DNA of 64,000 nucleotides from Octopus sinensis. Its lineage: Eukaryota. How positions within the stretch are numbered: position 1 is the first letter of the stretch; the number at the start of each line of letters is the position of its first letter. Below the pieces are notes generated by a model that saw nothing but the letters and a program-made list of their open reading frames with translations, searched no databases and was not told where the DNA came from. The translations under genes and the position numbers were made by a program. The stretch spans positions 29,388,001 to 29,452,000 of the forward strand of contig NC_043002.1 of the NCBI RefSeq assembly GCF_006345805.1. Direction: 5' to 3'. Below, piece after piece: positions 56,468-64,000 of the stretch.

Positions 56468-57649
56468 ATATATATATGTGCATATATACATATATGTATG
56501 TATGTCCGTGTGTTCCCCACTTCTTAAATGTTTATAAACGTATACAGAAAGAAAACACTACACACACTATCTTTATACCCCTCTCACACATAAATACAGG
56601 CAGGTATTTGGTGTTCTCACGCATATACGCACAAACACACACACACACATACAAAACAAAAAAAACACACACACACACATAACTATGAACATTACAAAAT
56701 CTCAAAAAGCGCACATAGGAATAAAGACGGTCACTAGCAGTGCATATTTCTGTATGTAAATTTGTGTACCTATCTATGAATGTGTGTATAAACAAATATA
56801 GTCTATGTGCATATGCTTATGTATATATAAACAGTTGAATGTATCAAAGTCAAATTGCCAGTCACCTCTGGAATACCAGACAGAATAAGGAATTTCAGAA
56901 TTTGGATCTCACATTGTTTAAGTCCATTGAAATAGCACTGAAGAACATTAAAACATTCTCTGCAAGGTACAGGTAATTTTCATGTTTTAACTTCTTGCCA
57001 TTCTCAACATCACAGCAAGGGAATTATGTGTAAACTTTGAAAAAATGTACACTGTTTTGTAGTCGCAGCAAGTAGTAGTCGTAGTAGTGGTGGTTGTGGT
57101 GGAGTTATTAAAACTGCCGGTGGTGGAGTTAGTAAAAGTGCTGGTGACGACGTTGTTACAAAACCCTCGGAGTGAGGCTCGCAATATACCTGTTTCGAAT
57201 TAGAGTACAACGTCAACAATTTCGAGGGGAGGTGTTTGTCGATAATATATCTAACCCTGCACTTGGGTGGTTGCATGTTTTATCGATCTCGAAGAGATGA
57301 ATGGCTAAGTTGAAACTGACAACGTAAAGAACCAAAAAAGAAAAAGAAAAAGCTATAATCAATTTTTCCCGATCTCTAACTATTTAACCTGCTTGCTATC
57401 TTGAGGTGTATAATATAGCAGTAGTTGCAATGTATCATGTCAAGAAAGGTAGATTTCTAACCTGTATGCAAACACACTACGAGTTCAGATTGCATTAAGG
57501 TTATTTTTATATGTGCTTTTCATGTACTGTGATTCATTTTATGAATATCACCCTGACTCCTAAAATTGTATTCACAACTGAATTATGATTATCATGATAT
57601 AATCACTAGCTGTTAACATATACAAAATGGACTCAGCTCTCAGCTCAGA

Positions 57650-57900
57650 TTGTGGGGAAAACCGAGTCACTGCCTTCTTTTTGGCAGGGAAGAGCCTGTT
57701 GATTTCCTTTGTCTCATAGATATGACTAAAGAAGTTGAGTGGTTGAAAGGTTTTAGAACAGAGATTTCCCTATCAGTCATATCTCTCATAAACTCCTTCA
57801 ACTATCACGTGCGGATAGAGAAAGAGTTGTTACACTCCAGTAAATTTTGTGAAAGGTGGGTCGGAGTGATCAGAAAAAAACATGACCAAATGGGCCTTAA
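57650..57900 (+). mobile_element. Second, more diverged Tx1/L1-type 3' coding remnant (supplied ORF 57650-57976)
   Basis: FLCLIDMTKEVEW..LINSFNYHVRIEKELLHSSKFCERWVGVIR aligns with the 34.6-34.9 kb peptide CLVAMAKQVVW..FKFH..RIEREVLSSSQFTERWMEVAR. Confidence 0.7.
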
Positions 57901-58189
57901 ACATGGAGATCACATGCCCTTGGTGTATGAGTGTAATCCGAGTTTCTGTATAAGTCTCGCTTTGGTTGTTCCTTAATATTACTTCAAATTTTGGCATAAG
58001 GTGAGGAATTTCGATGGGGGATAACTCAATTCTATCGACCCCAGTGCTAAACCGGTACTTATATTATTGACCCCAGAAGGAATGAAATGCCTCGGCTGTC
58101 TTTGAATGCCGATTAGGCAAATGAAATGCCACTAGGTATTTTGCCCGAAGCCGTATCCATTCAGCCACCACGTAGCCTCATTTCTTCCC

Positions 58190-58810
58190 TAATATTAGAA
58201 ACCTTTTACTTCGACTTTTTTGTTGTTCTGTAGTGTCATCGCTGATTATTAGAGTCCCGGTGTTTTGTTGTTTATCGGCATGTTATTTCGGATCATTCTG
58301 AAAGCAATTATTTTTTGAAGACCTGTTTCTACTTTCAATCCCCACTTTCAAGCTATCTCTATTTCCATATCTTTGTATTTTGATAATTTCTCCTTTAAAT
58401 GTTGGGAACAATTCGTCAATTAGGAAGCACTTCTTTACCGAGTGCTACTAAGAATATCTGGTCAATTAGTCTTAATTTTCCTATCTAGATAAATTGACAT
58501 ATTCCAGAATATATTCACCTTCTCACTATTACCGACCTTTACTGGTGATTATGTGTACCACATTATTTGTGTTGCTGGCAAAACTGTCTCTCCACTGTAA
58601 CTCCCAACTCTGTCGTGCCTCGGGATTTATTCATACTTGGTTACGACTAGATAGCTGAACACGATATAATTAATTGTTCGTTTCATCTCTACTTATACTC
58701 TTGTGCTGTTATTCGTTTCATTGTAACCTTTTGTTAGTTTGTCATAAGGGGGCTTTGATCCTGCACTGCGGTCAAAACTTTGAGTGATTTGCCACTTGGG
58801 CTGATGCAAT
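58190..58810 (-). mobile_element. Second, older R4/Dong-type remnant
   Basis: AVQDQS.., RHDRVG.., NIFWNMSIYLDRKIKTN*PDI.. and EKLSKYKDMEIEIA*KWGLK show the same motif order as the 54 kb copy, with many stops and frameshifts. Confidence 0.75.
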
Positions 58811-59450
58811 CATAAAACACGTGCAATGAAAACTGGTTACAGGAGGTATATATTCTGTAAACACCAAATTGGTTTCAAGGCGGTGCAGATCACGTGATGA
58901 TCTTTATTCTTGGTCGATAATCTATTGTAAGCCCATCCTAACAAGCAGACACATATGGCACAGAGGCCTATAACACACAGGTATATGTCCGGATAGGGAG
59001 TAAAACTTTTTCGACAAGGAAGAACTTCAGAATGTAACTCCTAGTGATTTACCGAAATCAGGTCATGGAAAAGTGTAAGAGAAATTTCTTTCATATAAAA
59101 GCAGCAGCAACAATAGTTTCCAGGCATATTACTATTGCCTGTGCTATATATTTAGCTATGGGATCTTACAGAACTGGATACATGTACAAATATACATAAG
59201 TATTATATATATAGTGATATATAAACGTCTCCTATCAAAATTCTGTCATTTGATAATGCAAGCCAATCCTGTGTGTGTGTGTGTGTGTGTAAGTGTGTGT
59301 GTATGTAAGTGTGCGTGAGCTTAATTATGTTGGGATCATAATCTCATGATAGATTCCGGACCCACCTTACGGGAAAATGTATGTGTCCTCAGTATCGTCA
59401 GTGATGGCTAGATACCAAACAAGTGCATGCTGCAGAATGAGATCATTGCT

Positions 59451-59570
59451 CTCTGTACGCTTCGCACAAGCTCTTTTCATAGCACATGCGTACTCACTGG
59501 CATATGGCGTACACTGGTTAAGAGCGCGGGCTACTAACCCCAAGATTCCGAGTTCGATTCCATGTAGCGA

Positions 59571-59629
<59 letters not shown>

Positions 59630-59648
59630 TAATAATATAATAATAATG

Positions 59649-59679
<31 letters not shown>

Positions 59680-59699
59680 AATATAATAATATAATAATA

Positions 59700-59779
<80 letters not shown>

Positions 59780-59933
59780 CAACAACAACAACATCGAAAA
59801 ATACCTTAGGAATGAGAACCCAGGTTCGAAATTTCCCCAAGACACCTGATGAAGGCTGGAGGGTATATCAGCCGAAATATTGTGTTAACAACAAACAAGA
59901 TGACGATAAATATCGTCAATTGTAAATAATGTA
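59451..59933 (+). mobile_element. Family C element: 48-nt leader, tRNA-like module, (AAT)n/(AAC)n, and hammerhead-bearing tail
   Basis: The tRNA-like module at 59499-59572 has A-box-like TGGCGTACACTGGTT and B-box GAGTTCGATTCC. The microsatellite spans about 59575-59792. The hammerhead core is at 59841-59886. A homologous head lies at 60383-60515. Confidence 0.75.
59841..59886 (+). ncRNA. Minimal type I hammerhead ribozyme motif (Penelope-type)
   Basis: GACAC-CTGATGA-A-GGCTG-gagggtatat-CAGCC-GAAA-TA-T-T-GTGTT contains all conserved core nucleotides. Stem II is 5 bp, stem I is GACAC/GTGTT, and stem III is the palindrome ATAT. Activity is untested. Confidence 0.75.
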
Positions 59934-60382
59934 AGCACAATAGAGTTTATATCGAACGATCAGTGCCCTCGGTGTCACTACTAGTTTGAAGGATTTCTAG
60001 AAGTTATTTAAAGGCCTAATCGAAAAAGCCTTCGGAAGAGACTACCTAGAACATTCTCAACAACACTCAAATTACCCACCGAGTAAGTTATTTGTCTGTT
60101 TTGTCACTAGTTCTCTATTAACTGTTAACTTGGATCCAGCACAGACTGCATTGTTTACAAGTTGGGATAGATGAGCTCTTCACAGCAACCCGTATGTCAG
60201 GTAGTTAGGTTCGGTTTTCAGTTGATCTAGGTCTGTAACCCCGTCAAAAGTTTAAGCTGCGGAATGACAAGAACTAAAGGTTATAGCATTTTGTATTTAA
60301 TTATATTCTTTTCTACTCTAGGCACAAGGTCGAAAATGTTTTGGGAGGGGCCAGTCGATTAGAATAATAATAAAAGTAATAA

Positions 60383-60515
60383 TTATTATTATTCAGGTCA
60401 CTGCCTGGAATCGAACTCGGAATTTTGGAGTAAGTAGCCCACGCTCTTAACCAGTACGCCATATGCCCGTGGGTACGCATGTGCTGCGAAAAGAGTTTGT
60501 GCAAAGCTTACAGAG
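60383..60515 (-). mobile_element. Family C element, second copy (leader and tRNA-like module only)
   Basis: Its reverse complement aligns to 59451-59580 at roughly 85% identity. After the (AAT)n start the tail is replaced by family B sequence. Confidence 0.8.
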
Positions 60516-61576
60516 AAAAATTGTTAATTAATTTATCGACCCCGAAAGGACAAAAGCTGAAGTCGACCTGGGTGGAATTTGAACTAGATAAATAATGATG
60601 TAAGGTAACGTCAGCTCCTGTCGGATTTGATCCCGCGAGCTAAAGTAATGTATTCACACACAGCAATGAAACAGAAACAAAACAAGAAGACGTATAAAAA
60701 GTATGGAAAAAATACCTATAAAACAAAGGATTTATATCAGTTAACTTTGAATTAACTGTGTAAAGAGGCAGAGACATAGTGTCTTCACATCCTTAATATT
60801 TCTATTAGTATTCTTCTTCAAACACACACCAGCGCGGGCGCGTACATACATACATACATACATACATACATACATACATACATACATACATACATACATA
60901 CATACATACATACATACAGAAACACGCGCACACATACAAGCAGATATACGCAAAAAAGAACACACACACAAATACACAATTTAACAGATACATGCACAGA
61001 CACAACCATGTCTGCTGGTGGTTTAAATGTCGCCACCCGTTCTACGAGAGAGGCTTTGACTCGTTACACACCGTCGCATTCCGCACCGGTGAGGTGAATG
61101 CGTAGGATGGGGTAAAGATGAAATGGCGTCTTTTGTCAAATAACTATTCAGAATTCTTGAAAGATTTGGAATAGAAAACTTAACAATTTGCTGACATAAT
61201 TGTTTAGATCGCAGACAATATCCAAACTAGATGCCCGTGTGTGTCTGCCTGATTGTATGTGTTTGTGTGTGTGTATATATGTGTGTGTGTGTACGTATGT
61301 GTCTGCGTGCTTGTGTTTGTGTGTGTGTTTGTATGTGTGTGTGTGTCTGCATGTGTCTGTATGTGCGCGTATTTGAAAATATTTGTTCATCAGAACAAAA
61401 AACTAAAAGCTTGAAAATATAAAGTACCAGTTTATAAACTTACTATAATATAAAAACAAAACAATATAATATAATAACAACACGAATCACAATAATATAT
61501 ATACATACATTCTTCTATTTGTCTCAGTCATTTGACTGCGGGCATACTGGAGCACCGCCTTTAAAAATGTTGCTCA

Positions 61577-61658
61577 TGGCAGCGGTGGGGTTCGAACCCA
61601 CGCCTCCGAAGAGACTGGTACCTTAAACCAGCGCCTTAGACCACTCGGCCACGCTACC
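61577..61658 (-). tRNA. tRNA-Leu-AAG: tRNA-Leu, anticodon AAG, 82 nt, apparently intact
   Basis: The minus strand reads GGTAGCGTGGCCGAGTGGTCTAAGGCGCTGGTTTAAGGTACCAGTCTCTTCGGAGGCGTGGGTTCGAACCCCACCGCTGCCA. It has acceptor stem GGTAGCG/CGCTGCC, anticodon stem CTGGT/ACCAG around TT-AAG-GT, a long variable arm, and A and B boxes. A TTTTT Pol III terminator lies 9 nt downstream (61563-61567) and the 5' flank is TATA-rich. Confidence 0.95.
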
Positions 61659-62204
61659 TACGATAGATATATATTTACTATATACATATATATATATATA
61701 TATATACACACACAGATATATACGTATGTATAAACACACACACATACTAGCGCGCACACACACACACGCGCACATATACACACGCACGCACACACTACAA
61801 GCAATTGACTTTGGAACCAAGGTTTTCTGTTGTGCTGTGATCTGAGTACTGTTGTGTGCATGTGAGTGTGTTTCAACGAATTAAATTAGGAGAAGAATAA
61901 ATGGTAAGAGCTCAGTTATTTCGTTGACCGCAGAGGAGTGAAAACGTTAAGTTGCTCGGGCGTGGTATGAAATCAGAATGCAAAGATCCGAATGTAATAA
62001 TCTCAGGTTTTGCTGTTTCACCAGCTTCATAGCGATTCTGTTCATTCCTCACGCTAAGTAGAATGTAAAATAATGTTAACAAAAGATATTTTATGAATCA
62101 TTCTGACGTACAGAAACTATTGTTATACTTTTCATGGCTTTGAATCTCCCAGCTAATGTTGTGATAGTACTGAAATAATTTTATTTATGAATAATATTTA
62201 ATAA

Positions 62205-62593
62205 TCCTTTCTGCTGGAGGCACAAGGCCTCAAATTTGTGGGTAAGGGGCTAGTCGATTACATCATCCCAAGTATTTCACTGGTACTTAATGTATCGAAC
62301 TCGAAAGGATGAAAGGCAAAATCAACCTCGACAGAATTTGAACTCAGAAAGTAGCGACTGGTGAAACACCTATTTTTTATTGCCCACAAGGGGCTAAACA
62401 TAGCGGGGACAAACAAGGACAAACAAACGCATTAAGTCGATTATATCGACCGCAGTGCGTAACTGGTACTTATTTAATTGACTTCGAAATGATGAAAGGT
62501 AAAGTCGACCTCGGCGGAATTTGAACTCAGAACATAACGGCAGTCGAAATACCTGCTAAGCATTTCGCCCGGCGTGCTAACGTTTCTGCCAGT
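62205..62593 (-). mobile_element. SINE family B dimer
   Basis: The minus-strand junction reads GGGCAATAAAAAATA|GGTGTTTCACC. Confidence 0.88.
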
Positions 62594-62913
62594 CGAACAA
62601 ATCCGCCCCAGGACTTATTATTTGTAAGTCTAGTACTTATTCAATCGGTCTCTTTTGCAGAACCGCTAAGTTACTGGGACGTAAACGCACCAACGTCGGT
62701 TGTCAAGCGATGGTGGGGGACAAACACAGACACCCAAATACACATATATACGACGGGATTCTTTCAGTTTCCATCTACAAAATACACTCACAAGGCTTTG
62801 GTCGACCGCAGGCTATAGTAGGAGAATCTTGCCCAAGGTGCCATGCAGGGGGACTGAATCCGGAACCATGTGATTGGGAAGCAAGCTTCTTAGCACACAG
62901 CCACTCCTGCGCC
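62594..62913 (-). mobile_element. SINE family A, 3'-truncated, abutting family B
   Basis: Same consensus. Confidence 0.85.
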
Positions 62914-63294
62914 GATAGAAAGTTTATTGTCTACGAACGTAATGTAGTCAGAAAGAATAATACAAAATCACTCGGAGTCTCTTCGTAATCAAAGAAGGAT
63001 GTAGGACGCACACGTTTCTTTCAGACTCCATACATGATGAAAGGAATGCGAAATGATGTGTGAAGACACAAAAATCAGGCCCTTCATGCAGCCAAGTTCT
63101 TCATGGTAGTGTTATGCAATGCAGTGGAATAAGGCCACCACCACTCAAAGTAATGACAATCCTTGGTATGGGCTTTCACAGCTCCCAATTAAGAAACGGT
63201 CCTCACAAGGATTTGAAGGACCCGAGGTGATGGTAGAAATCATTTGCCTCAGAGACCACCCATTGGGATCGGACACAGAATTACGTGCTTAGAA

Positions 63295-63590
63295 GTGATT
63301 CATGTTTGGAAAATGTGGTACTCCGTCGGTTACGACGATGAGAGTTCCAGATGATGCGATTAACAGAACATCTCGTGAAATTAACGTGCAAGTGGTTGAG
63401 CACTCCACAGACACGCGTACCCTTAACGTAGTTCTGAAGGATTTCAGCGAGACACAGAATATGGTAAGGTTGGCCCTTTGAATTACAGGTACAACTCATT
63501 TTTGCCAGCTGAGGGGCCTGGAGCAACGTGAAATAAAGTGTCTTGCTCAAGGACACAACGCGCCGATGGGAATCGAACTCACTACCTTGT
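63295..63590 (-). mobile_element. SINE family E (related copies 11361-11600 +, 19955-20245 +, 27487-27685 -)
   Basis: Shares the GGCAAAAATGAGTTGTACCTGTA.TTCAAAGGGCCA.CCTT..AGAACTACGTTAAGGGTAC.CGTGTCTGTGGAGTGCTCA tail among copies. Confidence 0.8.
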
Positions 63591-64000
63591 GAGTTATTTT
63601 CACTACCTTAAAGTTATTTTCATACGAGTGTTATATGTAGGAGTCAGTGGATGTGTGGGTAAGAATGAAAGAGAGAAATAGAGACAGAAGGAGAGAGACA
63701 GAGGAGGTGAGTGTGTGTGTGTGTGTATTTGCGCCAGTGAGTATAAATGGATGAGTAGATCTATAGGAATGAGTTTGGGTCAGCATCTGTGTGTCAGCAT
63801 ATGCGTGCGCTTATGGCTACGAGTCAGTGTATGTGAAGGAAAATGTAGCTGTGGAAAGTGTTTCCTTTGTGAGTGTCAGTACAAATGTTCTTCAGTGTTT
63901 ACGTGAATATCAAGCAGTATGTATGTGTTTTTGAGTCTGGCTATGTTTGTGTGAGTCGATACGTTTCGATGTGGGTAGCTGCGTATGTATGTAGCTGTAT

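Noticed and set aside
56858-56929. 72-nt minus-strand exon candidate CYFNGLKQCEIQILKFLILSGIPE
   Set aside because: The acceptor is good but the donor (GTGACT) is weak, and the peptide is not recognisable.
59499-59572. tRNA-like module as a true tRNA-Ser gene
   Set aside because: It has no proper acceptor stem or T terminator and is embedded in a repeat with a diverged second copy.

Overview
AT-rich, repeat-saturated eukaryotic DNA with no long credible ORF. A large share is simple repeats: (TA)n, (CA)n, (GA)n, (TATC)n, (TATG)n, (GAT)n, (AAT)n. Much of the rest is several tRNA-headed SINE-like families and decayed transposons. I recognise this repeat content as typical of an Octopus (coleoid cephalopod) genome; that is inference, not a database result. 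Solid features: an intact tRNA-Leu(AAG) gene, a U6 snRNA pseudogene, an internally deleted Tc1/mariner element, Tx1/L1-type and R4/Dong-type LINE remnants, a TA-flanked MITE, two fold-back structures and two Helitron-like non-autonomous elements. Nearly all ORFs in the supplied track are microsatellite or repeat artefacts. The most interesting leads are: (1) a tRNA-headed short element whose 3' end carries a minimal Penelope-type hammerhead ribozyme; (2) a perfect 62-bp locally templated insertion into a Helitron-like element; (3) a hairpin with 137-bp arms; (4) a tentative series of minus-strand micro-exons. All coordinates were read by eye, so repeat boundaries are approximate.
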